From positions 1 through 58,149 of the IMG/VR virus record IMGVR_UViG_3300020470_000561: a DNA stretch of 58,149 nt. One strand, given 5' to 3'. The notes below the pieces were generated by a model, which saw nothing but the letters and a program-made list of their open reading frames with translations, ran no database searches and was not told where the DNA came from. This document shows positions 8,495 through 18,292 of this stretch, one piece after another. The stretch's first letter is position 1; each line of letters opens with the position of its first letter. Made by a program: the position numbers and the translations under genes. The DNA comes from a virus (taxonomy: Duplodnaviria > Caudoviricetes).

Positions 8495-9101
8495 GTACCC
8501 CCACAACATTTAATGACATAATATATCTATCATTCTCTGCCTTATTGACTTCTGTCTTATGTGTCAACCATCCTGGAAAGAATAATACATCATTAGTTTT
8601 AACATCAATATAATCCCACTCATATTGATTAGGATAATAATCATATACTAATGGTTCATTCATTTTATATACTTGTAGTGGATTCTTCACCATAAACCTA
8701 CCACTACCTTCAGGTACATCAAGATAACATGATACTGCTATCTGTACATTCTGGTGATGATGCTCCTCTGTATATCCTCCAGTAGGATGCACATTTAACC
8801 ATGATGAATCTAATTGTCTTCGCATTGGCATCATTCGCCACATTGACCACAACTCATCTATCTTCTTATATAACCAATCTTCTCTAAATGATTTAAACTC
8901 TTCCCAATTATGTGGTGGATCCTCTTTGCATAATACAACAGTAGTTACAGCACCATCTTTCTCATGTGTGTTGATATTTTCCCTTTGTATCTTCTCATCA
9001 GCATGACGTATATAATCTTGTACCTTATTCTTTACTGTCTGAAAATTAAAGTCATAAGATGATTTGTATATGTATGGGTGTGGATTAAGAGGGGAGAGCA
9101 T
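8478..9101 (-). CDS. 2OG-Fe(II) oxygenase (TIGR02466-like)
   Basis: SWLN, EHHH, FPGWLTH, RYIMSLN. Confidence 0.88.
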   Translation of the reverse strand: MLSPLNPHPYIYKSSYDFNFQTVKNKVQDYIRHADEKIQRENINTHEKDGAVTTVVLCKEDPPHNWEEFKSFREDWLYKKIDELWSMWRMMPMRRQLDSSWLNVHPTGGYTEEHHHQNVQIAVSCYLDVPEGSGRFMVKNPLQVYKMNEPLVYDYYPNQYEWDYIDVKTNDVLFFPGWLTHKTEVNKAENDRYIMSLNVVGVHEYAS

Positions 9102-9798
9102 AATAATTTCTATCTACTTTATTCAAACTACACAAGTGCTGCATAGGTATACTCAAAGATAATCTCTTTGCTTTGGGTTGTGCACGATGATATGTCCTTG
9201 CTGGTATGTATATTATATCACCTGGTTTCATATTAACATCAATAGCAACCTCTAATTTACTTGGATCAACACCTTGTGATAAATCATTAGCATTAGCACT
9301 ATAATCTAACTGCTCAACTAAATTAGATGCACGATTATTATATACTGTCCAATGTGTTTCACCTTCAACCTGTATGATTAGATTGTTAGCATAATCCTCA
9401 TGTATATTAAATGATCTAGTATCACCTAAACCACAAAATACATGCATTGATGCATGTATATTAAATGTCTCTTCTAAATCTCTTAATATCTCTTTCTTAC
9501 TCTGATTAATATATTCAAACTTCTCTATTATACATGTATGACCCTCAGCAAATATATCCATGAGTTGTCGTACTTCTGGTTGTGCATGTGGATCCCATGC
9601 TCTCTCATGTTTAGGATAATCTATAAACTGATTAACAAACTTATTAATAAACTTTATATCAAACTGATTAGGATTATTCAAACAATATTCTATATCCTTC
9701 CATGTCACCAGACCAGTAGGATCTATTGCACTCTCCCAATAGTGTGGTGCATCATCATAATGCCAATCTTTATTTAAACTCGAAGAGATCTTCATCAC
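9085..9798 (-). CDS. JmjC/cupin-family oxygenase
   Basis: FNIHED, IIQVEGETHW, MKPGDIIYIPARTYH; resembles ribosomal-oxygenase-type cupins. Confidence 0.85.
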   Translation of the reverse strand: MMKISSSLNKDWHYDDAPHYWESAIDPTGLVTWKDIEYCLNNPNQFDIKFINKFVNQFIDYPKHERAWDPHAQPEVRQLMDIFAEGHTCIIEKFEYINQSKKEILRDLEETFNIHASMHVFCGLGDTRSFNIHEDYANNLIIQVEGETHWTVYNNRASNLVEQLDYSANANDLSQGVDPSKLEVAIDVNMKPGDIIYIPARTYHRAQPKAKRLSLSIPMQHLCSLNKVDRNYYALPS

Positions 9799-10420
9799 AA
9801 GTAAAGTTGAGGTTTAATACAATACGCCACTTGCTATCACCAGTAGGATTAGATGATGCGTGGAATGTGTGACCATCAAATACAAATAATTTATTTGCCT
9901 GTGGTTTCACTCTCAAATGCTCAGTATATTTTTGTGTCCTTGCTTTATACCATCTCTCTTCTACTGATCCATCTTTAGGATCATCATACTGTTCAAAGAA
10001 TACAGTGTCACCAGTAGAGTCATGCAAATAATATAATGCTGCATAATGATCCTTCTCACTATCTGTGTGTGGTGCATTATGATGTGTCTTACCATTATTT
10101 AATTGTAATGCTAGTCTAACTCGTAGAAACTGTACAGGGCATGGCAGGGCATCTTGCACAGTATATAATAACGGTTCAAACCTAGGTAACCAAGGTGACT
10201 CTACATTATCCTGATCTAATAGCACATGAGTGAATCCAATAGATTTCTCATCCTCTGGCATGTCTAGTAATGGTACATCACCAAACATAACATCACGAGT
10301 ACTGTAACTCACATCTTCTGATAAGAAATACCATGGGAATCCATTCATCCCATTTACCATATCAAATAACTTTGAGTGGTACGTTGGTGTTAGCAGATCG
10401 TTTACTTGGATATACTTCAT
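9770..10420 (-). CDS. 2OG-Fe(II) oxygenase
   Basis: FPWY, PHTD, YYLHDSTGDT, FDGHTFHAS, RIVLNLN; start trimmed to MKYIQVND. Confidence 0.87.
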   Translation of the reverse strand: MKYIQVNDLLTPTYHSKLFDMVNGMNGFPWYFLSEDVSYSTRDVMFGDVPLLDMPEDEKSIGFTHVLLDQDNVESPWLPRFEPLLYTVQDALPCPVQFLRVRLALQLNNGKTHHNAPHTDSEKDHYAALYYLHDSTGDTVFFEQYDDPKDGSVEERWYKARTQKYTEHLRVKPQANKLFVFDGHTFHASSNPTGDSKWRIVLNLNFTCDEDLFEFK

Positions 10421-11042
10421 TATCTTGATATATTTTAGAAAACACATGTAGATTGAATGATAGAGATATTCTCTCATCCTCACTACTACTTCTATCCACA
10501 CTATGTGGTAACCATGAGGGGAATACTACTAATTGATTCTCTTTAGGAGAATGATAGTGTTCTGTCTCATTTAGATGCTCCCATCTATCAAAGTTAGGAT
10601 CACATCCCCAACCCTCTTTAAGGTTTTGATCTTTAAAATCTCTTAGGAATTTAAGATCACCACTACAACAGGTTGGTACCTTAGCATAAAATACTCCAGA
10701 TAATACACTACCTGCATGTGTATGCACATGATTGTAGTTACCTCTGGTATTTACATTCATCCAGAGATTAGATACCTCAAGTATATAATGCTGGAATCCC
10801 CACTCGTCTGCTGCTTTATAACTTATCTCTAATATCTTTTCATACAACTCAGTGAGTGCGTGATCTTGTTTAATATATGGTGGTATAAAATCTTGCGATT
10901 GCCATCCACCATCATTAGACGCAACCCTACCATTAGGATCTGTCTCCTTAACAATCTTAACCCACTTTTGAATTCTCTCTAAATCTACACCACAATCATC
11001 CTCAACCCATACAGGTGTAGGAAATAACAATTTAGTCTCCAT
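10362..11042 (-). CDS. 2OG-Fe(II) oxygenase (TIGR02466-like)
   Basis: LFPTPVW, SNDGGWQS, HTH, SGVFY, FPSWLPH, RISLSFN. Confidence 0.9.
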   Translation of the reverse strand: METKLLFPTPVWVEDDCGVDLERIQKWVKIVKETDPNGRVASNDGGWQSQDFIPPYIKQDHALTELYEKILEISYKAADEWGFQHYILEVSNLWMNVNTRGNYNHVHTHAGSVLSGVFYAKVPTCCSGDLKFLRDFKDQNLKEGWGCDPNFDRWEHLNETEHYHSPKENQLVVFPSWLPHSVDRSSSEDERISLSFNLHVFSKIYQDNEVYPSKRSANTNVPLKVI

Positions 11043-11389
11043 CAGTCATCCGAAAATACAAAATCTCTCTCGGAACAATTTGGATCTACATGCTTCTTAT
11101 AAAGAGCAAGTGCTTCAACTGCTCCAGATAATTTATTAAGAAGGTCTTTCTTATTCTGCAACTCTTCAAGTGATATCTTAGTGATAGTACTTGTATAGTG
11201 CATATTATCTAATGCCTCTTGCAACTTCTGATACTCTTCTTTAGCAGTCTCATGCTGCTGTAAGAAATTCATTACCAATTCATCAAAGGTAATCAGACCC
11301 TCGATCTGCTTTTCCTCTTTCTCACTTGCTGGGGTTACACCTGCTTCATCAGCAAGATCAACCACCGCTACATCTTGTTCGTCTGCCAT
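11042..11389 (-). CDS. hypothetical coiled-coil protein
   Basis: ORF track; heptad-like helix; late promoter about 24 nt upstream. Confidence 0.7.
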   Translation of the reverse strand: MADEQDVAVVDLADEAGVTPASEKEEKQIEGLITFDELVMNFLQQHETAKEEYQKLQEALDNMHYTSTITKISLEELQNKKDLLNKLSGAVEALALYKKHVDPNCSERDFVFSDD

Positions 11390-12277
11390 TTAATTAAACC
11401 TCTCATTGTTTTTATTTAGCTTGAGAATCTTCTTTTGATTCTCTATCCTATCTTTTAAGGATGACATTTCCATAAAGTGCATGTACCTGTTATAGTCCAT
11501 CTGCTCATTATTCTTTTTATCATCCTCATTCATTTCCTCAATAACAATATCCCAGTCATTCTCTTTAGCATAGAAGAATGATCTATCAACAGGCATCCAT
11601 TGGCATAATGGGGTACCTGCTTTAATCAAATGCTCTCCTGGTGCTGTGTCATGCCAGAATAATTGTAGATTGATTTCAAATGAATAAGATGGATCCACAA
11701 GTCCTGTTGGTGGTGTGAATCTCTTCTCATCCCAATATGGTATAGGCATTTGAATGAATAACACATCAGGATGTGCCATCACTCTCCATGGTAGTTCTAA
11801 TTTAACAGTGTGTCTAAGTACATCTCTTTGTGGGTTAATTAACTCACGCATGAACTCAGTCTGCTCAGGTATATGTGCTTTAACATATGTCTGACCACCA
11901 CTATCAAATAGTAACTGTGCCATCCATTCAAAGTTATCACCACTACCATCAGTTTGTATAAGGATATCAGCAGGTGCTACCAACACAAAACCATGTTCCA
12001 TTATACCTGTAATAGCAGGGCAAGTGACGGCATGTTGGAACATAGCGTCCTCTGCTTTAACTTCACCCTGTCTCACTGAGTGGTACTTAGTCCACATCCT
12101 TTGTACTTTCTTATAAGGACACTGTGTCTCTTTAGTATAATACTTTTTGAGAGCATTCTTAACCCATGGTCTCTGCAATTTACTCGCAGGTATCCATGGG
12201 TTTAGATCAGCAACACCAGGATGCTGAGAATAGAATCTAATCCACTTCTTATTCTTCTTTTTAAACGGATTCCACAT
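11390..12277 (-). CDS. hypothetical protein, possible dUTPase-like beta fold
   Basis: CPAI...GF, KLELPW, GLVD and IKAGTPLCQ motifs of a family often seen next to cyanophage oxygenases (recalled, not searched). Confidence 0.55.
   Translation of the reverse strand: MWNPFKKKNKKWIRFYSQHPGVADLNPWIPASKLQRPWVKNALKKYYTKETQCPYKKVQRMWTKYHSVRQGEVKAEDAMFQHAVTCPAITGIMEHGFVLVAPADILIQTDGSGDNFEWMAQLLFDSGGQTYVKAHIPEQTEFMRELINPQRDVLRHTVKLELPWRVMAHPDVLFIQMPIPYWDEKRFTPPTGLVDPSYSFEINLQLFWHDTAPGEHLIKAGTPLCQWMPVDRSFFYAKENDWDIVIEEMNEDDKKNNEQMDYNRYMHFMEMSSLKDRIENQKKILKLNKNNERFN
11413..11418 (-). promoter_or_regulatory. candidate T4-type late promoter (TAAATA)
   Basis: CTAAATA about 24 nt upstream of the ATG at 11389. 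Confidence 0.5.
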
Positions 12278-13862
12278 AGATATTATCTTTAAGGTATTGG
12301 TAATGCGAAGGTTGATCTTTCACCCATTCTAGCATAAATTTTCTTTCTTGTTGCCAGTTAACATGTACTGATTCAACAACTGATCTCCGATCTTTATCAG
12401 ACCTCTCTTTATATAGTGTATCGGTTAGAGGACGGTTGTCCATACCTGCTGCAATATAAAGTAATCCCTCTAATTTATCAGGTGCATAGAAAGCATTCAT
12501 AACACTATCCATTAGAGCATATGTGTTTGCCAGTGATAACTGTCTAACATTACTATCGAGATCTTCCAATCTAGTAGGTACATCCACATCTTCTGTGCAT
12601 GATCTCCAGTATGGTGTATCGTCACGTTGAGACAACACCCAATGTAATACTATAAAGTTTCTCATCACTTCTGTCAAGTGGTCTACACTATAATTGTATG
12701 ATTGCCTATCGAAATTGTTCATCTTTCGTGACTTTCTTGCCTTAATAGCATCTACCAAGTAAATAAGATTCTCATGTGTGGTCATTAAACCAGTAGATTC
12801 TAATGGTTCAATAAACGCATATGATAATCCGATACCTACTACATTCTTAACCCATGCCTTCTCATGTTTACCATGTTTGATATCAATATGATGTACGTTA
12901 CTTATCTTTGGATACCTACCATATCTCTTCTTAAGATATGCATAAAATTCTTTTAATGCTTCTTCTGAACTAGGTTGGAATTTACTAGAATATACATAAC
13001 CAACACCAACATTAGACCACAGTGGTATATTCCATGCCCACCCATTATCTAATCCTGTGCAGTCAGTAACACATTCCATCTCCTTATCTTTATCACCATA
13101 CTCAATATGACCAGCAATTGCTTTGTCATTATATAATTGATTTTTGAATGATATAAATTCAGATCCACAATGCTGCTCAAGTAGTAATGATTTGAACCCA
13201 GTGCAATCTAAGAATAGATCTGCTCCAACATAATTACCCTCAGTAGTTACGATTGCTTCAATATAACCATCAGGTCTCTTAATAACATTTTTAACTGTAC
13301 CTTCTAGGTGCTTGACACCATTAGGTATAGCAATATTATTTTTTAAATACTCTCCAAACTTACCAGCATTCAAATGATATGCATAATCTTCCCTATGGTC
13401 AAATTTTGATTTAGGTATATCAGTTGCTATTTTATTATGCTCTGCTATCCATGTCTGGTTATTAACAAAACGAGAGAACTCCTCTGGTGGATATAACTCA
13501 TCACCATATTGACACTGCAATTCAAAGAACCGCATAATATTATCCTTATAGTCAATCATATCAAATTGACCAAATGGATACTGGAAGTTTTCTCCTTTAC
13601 CCTCTCTAAATGATGTGAATCCTATTGATGTTTTATAGGTAGCATCACACGATGGCATCCACTCTTTATCCTTATCAAATAGATCTATTCTCTTAAGAAA
13701 TCTATTGAAATGTCCTAAAGTAGACTCACCTACACCTATTGTTTTAATGTCACTAGACTCTATCAAGCATATTTCCATATCAGGAAATGTCTTGGCAAAG
13801 ATAGCAGCAGACATCCATCCACTACTACCACCTCCTACAATACATACCGATTCAATCAGCAT
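12261..13862 (-). CDS. flavin-dependent halogenase (tryptophan halogenase/PrnA family)
   Basis: GGGSSG, IGVGEST, catalytic Lys in ATYK, DCTGF, GWAWNIP, FIEPLESTG, RDDTPYW. Confidence 0.93.
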   Translation of the reverse strand: MLIESVCIVGGGSSGWMSAAIFAKTFPDMEICLIESSDIKTIGVGESTLGHFNRFLKRIDLFDKDKEWMPSCDATYKTSIGFTSFREGKGENFQYPFGQFDMIDYKDNIMRFFELQCQYGDELYPPEEFSRFVNNQTWIAEHNKIATDIPKSKFDHREDYAYHLNAGKFGEYLKNNIAIPNGVKHLEGTVKNVIKRPDGYIEAIVTTEGNYVGADLFLDCTGFKSLLLEQHCGSEFISFKNQLYNDKAIAGHIEYGDKDKEMECVTDCTGLDNGWAWNIPLWSNVGVGYVYSSKFQPSSEEALKEFYAYLKKRYGRYPKISNVHHIDIKHGKHEKAWVKNVVGIGLSYAFIEPLESTGLMTTHENLIYLVDAIKARKSRKMNNFDRQSYNYSVDHLTEVMRNFIVLHWVLSQRDDTPYWRSCTEDVDVPTRLEDLDSNVRQLSLANTYALMDSVMNAFYAPDKLEGLLYIAAGMDNRPLTDTLYKERSDKDRRSVVESVHVNWQQERKFMLEWVKDQPSHYQYLKDNIYVESV

Positions 13863-15321
13863 AGATAGTCCTCTTATAATACTCGTAAGGTGTTGGCATA
13901 TTATCTATATCAATATCCCATACTGGTCGCTCTAATGTAGTGAGCATTGGATCAGTTGGTCCAAAGAAATCAATCTCAGATTCTATCACACTATTAAATG
14001 GTGTCCAACCATGTCCTGCCATAATACACCACAATCCTTCATATAATGGATGCCATTGATACTTCTGACCAAAGTTACTTGACTCCTCCAAGAAATTAAT
14101 TTGTGCAGTCTGTATCATATGGTGGTTAGGGTATTTAATACTGCTAACATGCTTCCAATATGGTGAATCATCTCTCTGTGTACCAGCATAATGCATAGCA
14201 ACGAATGATGCAAATGCATCAAAGGTATACTTACAATTCTCATTGAAAGTATCTCTCATAAACTGAGTATGTACTGGTCTATCCTCTAGCACACGTACCA
14301 ACATCAGGAGATAGTTATGAATAGATAGTAATCCATTAGATTCTAATGGTTCAATAAACCCAGCAGATAGTCCAATCGATACTACATTATCCTTCCATAC
14401 TTCTTCCTTACGTCCTGTCTTCCATTTAAGTTGACGGAACAATTTGTCAGTATAACATCCACAATCAGATTGTACATTATTTGTTAAATGTTCCCTGAAT
14501 TCATTTCGGGCATCCTCTGGCGAAATGAACTTATCACAATAAACATATCCTGTACCTATAGTATCAAAGGTGGGTACATTCCATACCCATCCACTACTTA
14601 ATGCTGTGCAATCAGTAACAGGTTTGATTTGCTCATTCTTATCATCATAATGTACACGTGTTACCCATGCACTATTATTTGGTAGATAGTCCTCATAACT
14701 CACCCATGGTGAATCATTAAAGACTGACTTAAATCCTGTGCAATCAAATAATAGATCATGCTTAGGTAGTTTATTCTTATTAACTTTCTTCTTCTTATGC
14801 TTAATACCTTTAGGTAAACAATAGTTATCTCTCAACCATGCAGAGAATTTTACTGCATTAAAATGAAATCCACTATTATGTTTGACATTGAACCAAGGAT
14901 TATCAGTAACAGGTAGTTTATTTCTAGCACCACATTCTGCTGCTAAGTAATAGTCTCTTGCTAAACCATCTGAGGGCCATTTGTCCTTATATTGCTTATA
15001 AAACCACATATCAGGGGTATATGTGTCAGTCCTAGGCAATCCAAATGGATATTGCCATGGGATATCCCCTTTCTTATGGAAGTCGTGGAATTGTACACTA
15101 ATCTTATAGGTAGCATCACACTCCTTCATCCACTCTTCATCTTCTATTCCAACATAATATAACCACTTACGAAAAAACTGTGTAGTAGATTCCCCAACCC
15201 CAGTAGCAGGGGATTGTTCATCTTCGTACACAGTTATGTTTGCTTTTGGATATGCTTTTACCATGGTAGCAGCAGTCATCCAACCTGCGGTGCCACCTCC
15301 CACAACGACAATATCTTTCAT
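13852..15321 (-). CDS. flavin-dependent halogenase (tryptophan halogenase/PrnA family)
   Basis: GGGTAG, GVGEST, ATYK, DCTGF, GWVWNVP, FIEPLESNG, RDDSPYW. Confidence 0.93.
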   Translation of the reverse strand: MKDIVVVGGGTAGWMTAATMVKAYPKANITVYEDEQSPATGVGESTTQFFRKWLYYVGIEDEEWMKECDATYKISVQFHDFHKKGDIPWQYPFGLPRTDTYTPDMWFYKQYKDKWPSDGLARDYYLAAECGARNKLPVTDNPWFNVKHNSGFHFNAVKFSAWLRDNYCLPKGIKHKKKKVNKNKLPKHDLLFDCTGFKSVFNDSPWVSYEDYLPNNSAWVTRVHYDDKNEQIKPVTDCTALSSGWVWNVPTFDTIGTGYVYCDKFISPEDARNEFREHLTNNVQSDCGCYTDKLFRQLKWKTGRKEEVWKDNVVSIGLSAGFIEPLESNGLLSIHNYLLMLVRVLEDRPVHTQFMRDTFNENCKYTFDAFASFVAMHYAGTQRDDSPYWKHVSSIKYPNHHMIQTAQINFLEESSNFGQKYQWHPLYEGLWCIMAGHGWTPFNSVIESEIDFFGPTDPMLTTLERPVWDIDIDNMPTPYEYYKRTIYAD

Positions 15322-15342
15322 AACGAAGAGTTGCTCTGATTA

Positions 15343-15774
15343 TTATGCCACAGGCGGTACCCAGTTGTCAACCCATGGTTCCCATGCCTTACGTCCAACT
15401 AACTGGACTTTCTTAGGGTCTTCTACAAATGGTGGAATACTATCTGGTTTAGTGGTCGTTGCCTTTACATTAGCAACATGGTCTTTCCACTCAGTAGTAC
15501 CATTGACTGCATCTCGGTATTGCATGTCCATCTGCTCACCGAAATCACCATATGCCAAAATCCTATCAACAGTGGCATTAACTCTTAAATCTTCTGTTGT
15601 TGTTCTGTGAATTACTTCACCATTGCACATAAAATGTTCGTAGGTTGTGTCATCTGGTACATCTACCCACTTAAGTGTTGCATCTGGTCCCTCATAAATT
15701 GCAAACTTATCTGCTTCATCGCAGATGTCTGTGAGTTGACCTGATTCAGCGTTACAAATTGCTACTTTAGACAT
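15343..15774 (-). CDS. tail fibre assembly/chaperone-like protein
   Basis: R..AY...EQMD..Y.D...GT..WKD.V..VK....KP motif; directly follows fibre genes; late promoter upstream. Confidence 0.6.
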   Translation of the reverse strand: MSKVAICNAESGQLTDICDEADKFAIYEGPDATLKWVDVPDDTTYEHFMCNGEVIHRTTTEDLRVNATVDRILAYGDFGEQMDMQYRDAVNGTTEWKDHVANVKATTTKPDSIPPFVEDPKKVQLVGRKAWEPWVDNWVPPVA

Positions 15775-15796
15775 TGTTTTAATTAACTCCGTAATT

Positions 15797-15803
15797 TATT
15801 TAT
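15797..15803 (-). promoter_or_regulatory. T4-type late promoter (ATAAATA)
   Basis: Upstream of gene 15774. Similar TAAATA boxes precede genes at about 17451, 18286, 20011, 23609, 27191, 32417, 33058, 33312, 40652, 50592, 51777 and 56192. Confidence 0.75.
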
Positions 15804-16624
15804 TAACCGTAGTATTCATAAACTACGACTACACCTTCACGACCTCTCGCTCCTCTGTTACCAAACATGGATCCATTACCACCAGCACCCCACGCTGCAT
15901 GGGACTGATGTCTATGGGCATAGTTTGCTTGGTTGTGACTCGAAGGTTGAGATCCACCCATATATGATACTCCACAGTTGTGGTTACCATATCTACCCCA
16001 TGATCCATATCCGTTTCCACCTCCACCATAGATGTTGAGGTTTCCACCTGATCCATTACCACCGATACCTCCTGCATGTTGTGTCCTACAGTTGGCACCA
16101 TATCCACCTGATGCAGAGCAGTATCCTCCGAAGGAAGAACTGTTACCATTACCACCGCAACCTGAGTAGTTTGTACCACCACCTGGGTTACCAATACTTA
16201 CTGATACTGATGATACGTTGGTAACATCAATAACTCTTTGTGAGCATCCACCAGCACCTGCTGACTCACAATAACCAGATCCCCCGCCACCAGCACCGAC
16301 GACAACTACCTTGATGGACTTACAGTTACTTGGTTTATTCCAAGTACCATTAGATGTCCAGACCTGCATAGATCTGAAACCTGCTCCACCTCCACCACCT
16401 TCAAAATCTGTAGACCAAATCAAATTGGTACCATCAGTGCTTAGGAACCTACCTGATTGACCTGAAAGAGATGGGATATTGTAGTTTGATGACCCTGTTA
16501 TATCACCGTTGATATTAATATCTTGGACTCGTAGTGTTCCATTGGCAGTGATAGAACCTGAATTGAAGGAAAATCCTCCCAATCCAGCAAGGTCTGATAC
16601 TCCTGATACTTTAAGAACACTCAT
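15803..16624 (-). CDS. glycine-rich tail fibre/adhesin-like protein, paralogue 3
   Basis: RSMQVWTSNGTW..GAGGGGSG..GREGVVVV domain; late gene context. Confidence 0.75.
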   Translation of the reverse strand: MSVLKVSGVSDLAGLGGFSFNSGSITANGTLRVQDININGDITGSSNYNIPSLSGQSGRFLSTDGTNLIWSTDFEGGGGGAGFRSMQVWTSNGTWNKPSNCKSIKVVVVGAGGGGSGYCESAGAGGCSQRVIDVTNVSSVSVSIGNPGGGTNYSGCGGNGNSSSFGGYCSASGGYGANCRTQHAGGIGGNGSGGNLNIYGGGGNGYGSWGRYGNHNCGVSYMGGSQPSSHNQANYAHRHQSHAAWGAGGNGSMFGNRGARGREGVVVVYEYYG

Positions 16625-17430
16625 CCGAAGAACTCCTGAACGATAACGACACCTTCACGACCTCTGGCACCACGGTTACCGTGACCAGATCCATTACCAC
16701 CTGCACCCCAAGCACAGTGTGATTGATGCCTATGAGCATAATTCATTTGGTTATGGGATGATGGTTGCGAACCTCCCATTGAAGAAGCACCTGCTTGGTG
16801 TGATCCAAATGACCAATATGATCCATGACCGTTACCACCTCCACCGTAAATATTCAGAGTACCACCTGATCCGTTTCCTCCAATACCTCCTGCGTGTTGC
16901 TGTCTACAGTTTGCACCATACCCTCCTGAAGCAGAGCAATAACCACCAAAACTTGATGAGTTACCACTTCCTCCACATCCAGCGTAGTTTGTACCTCCGC
17001 CAGGATTACCTATTGATACTGATACTGAAGATACGTTGGTAACATCAATAACTCTCTCAGATGTACCACCAGCACCAGCAGATTCGCAGAATCCACTGCC
17101 ACCTCCACCAGCACCTACTACAGTAACAATAATACTCGTGACACCAGTTGGTTTAGTCCATGTACCATTAGATGTCCAAACTTGCATAGAGCGAATACCA
17201 GATGCTGCTGATACTTCTGCCCATTCAAATCCACTACCAGTAGATCTTAATGCCTTACCAGCATTACCACCCTGATCAGGCACGTTATAAGTAGATCCTC
17301 CACTTATAGTACCGTTGATGACCAAATTTGAAACAGTTAGAGTGGTCGTCGCAGTTATACCACCCCCTGAGAGCATAAACCCTTGGGATCCTGTTAAATC
17401 TTTTAGTGCTGCAACTTTTAGCTTAGACAT
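16621..17430 (-). CDS. glycine-rich tail fibre/adhesin-like protein, paralogue 2
   Basis: Same domain, near-identical to its neighbours. Confidence 0.75.
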   Translation of the reverse strand: MSKLKVAALKDLTGSQGFMLSGGGITATTTLTVSNLVINGTISGGSTYNVPDQGGNAGKALRSTGSGFEWAEVSAASGIRSMQVWTSNGTWTKPTGVTSIIVTVVGAGGGGSGFCESAGAGGTSERVIDVTNVSSVSVSIGNPGGGTNYAGCGGSGNSSSFGGYCSASGGYGANCRQQHAGGIGGNGSGGTLNIYGGGGNGHGSYWSFGSHQAGASSMGGSQPSSHNQMNYAHRHQSHCAWGAGGNGSGHGNRGARGREGVVIVQEFFG

Positions 17431-17453
17431 AAGTTAAATCTGTCCTGTGTTAT

Positions 17454-18263
17454 TTATCCGTAGAACTCATGCACTACGACGACTCCTTCACGTCCTCTAG
17501 CACCTCGACCACCATGCTGTGCTCCGTTACCACCTGATCCCCATGCACAATGACTTTGGTGTTGGTGTGCATAGTTTCTTTGTCCATGAGATGATGCTTG
17601 TGTACCACCCCAATAACTTGATCCAGCAGTATGGTTTCCATAACTGTGGTGAGAACCGTGACCGTTTCCTCCACCACCATAAACATTTAGAGACCCTCCA
17701 GATCCGTTACCTCCAATACCACCTGCATGTTGAGTTCTGCAGTTGGCTCCGTAACCTCCAGAGGCACTACAATACCCACCAAAACTTGATGAGTTACCAG
17801 ACCCACCGCAACCTGAGTAATTAGATCCTCCACCTGGATTACCTACTGTGACCGAAACTGACGAAACATTAGTAACATCAACCTGTCTCTGAGCAGTACC
17901 TCCAGCACCACCAGATTCAGTATATCCAGATCCACCACCCCCAGCACCAGTGACAGTAACCATAATGGTTTTAACACCATTCGGTCTACTCCATGTACCA
18001 TTAGATGTCCAGACCTGCATCGATCTCACACCTGAAGTTGTTGATAATGTACCCCACGTTAGGTTGGATCCATTATTGGTAACATACTTATCGGTTTGTC
18101 CTGATGGACTTGGGAGAATATATGCAGAAGATCCAGCAATATTGCCGTTGATAACCAGATCGTTAACAGTTAAGGTGCCGTTCGCTGTAATGCCACCAGA
18201 ACTGAAGGTGAAACCTCCGATCCCTGCCGTATCTTTAATAGCTCCCAGGTTTAACTGTGCCAT
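17454..18263 (-). CDS. glycine-rich tail fibre/adhesin-like protein, paralogue 1
   Basis: Same domain; late promoter at about 18286. Confidence 0.75.
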   Translation of the reverse strand: MAQLNLGAIKDTAGIGGFTFSSGGITANGTLTVNDLVINGNIAGSSAYILPSPSGQTDKYVTNNGSNLTWGTLSTTSGVRSMQVWTSNGTWSRPNGVKTIMVTVTGAGGGGSGYTESGGAGGTAQRQVDVTNVSSVSVTVGNPGGGSNYSGCGGSGNSSSFGGYCSASGGYGANCRTQHAGGIGGNGSGGSLNVYGGGGNGHGSHHSYGNHTAGSSYWGGTQASSHGQRNYAHQHQSHCAWGSGGNGAQHGGRGARGREGVVVVHEFYG

Positions 18264-18292
18264 GTGATTACTATCTTCCTATATGTATTTAT

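Noticed and set aside
15803-18263. Repeats among the glycine-rich genes as a diversity-generating retroelement or CRISPR array
   Set aside because: All copies are intact coding paralogues, differences are not confined to adenines, there is no repeat-spacer periodicity, and no reverse transcriptase or cas gene is in the window.
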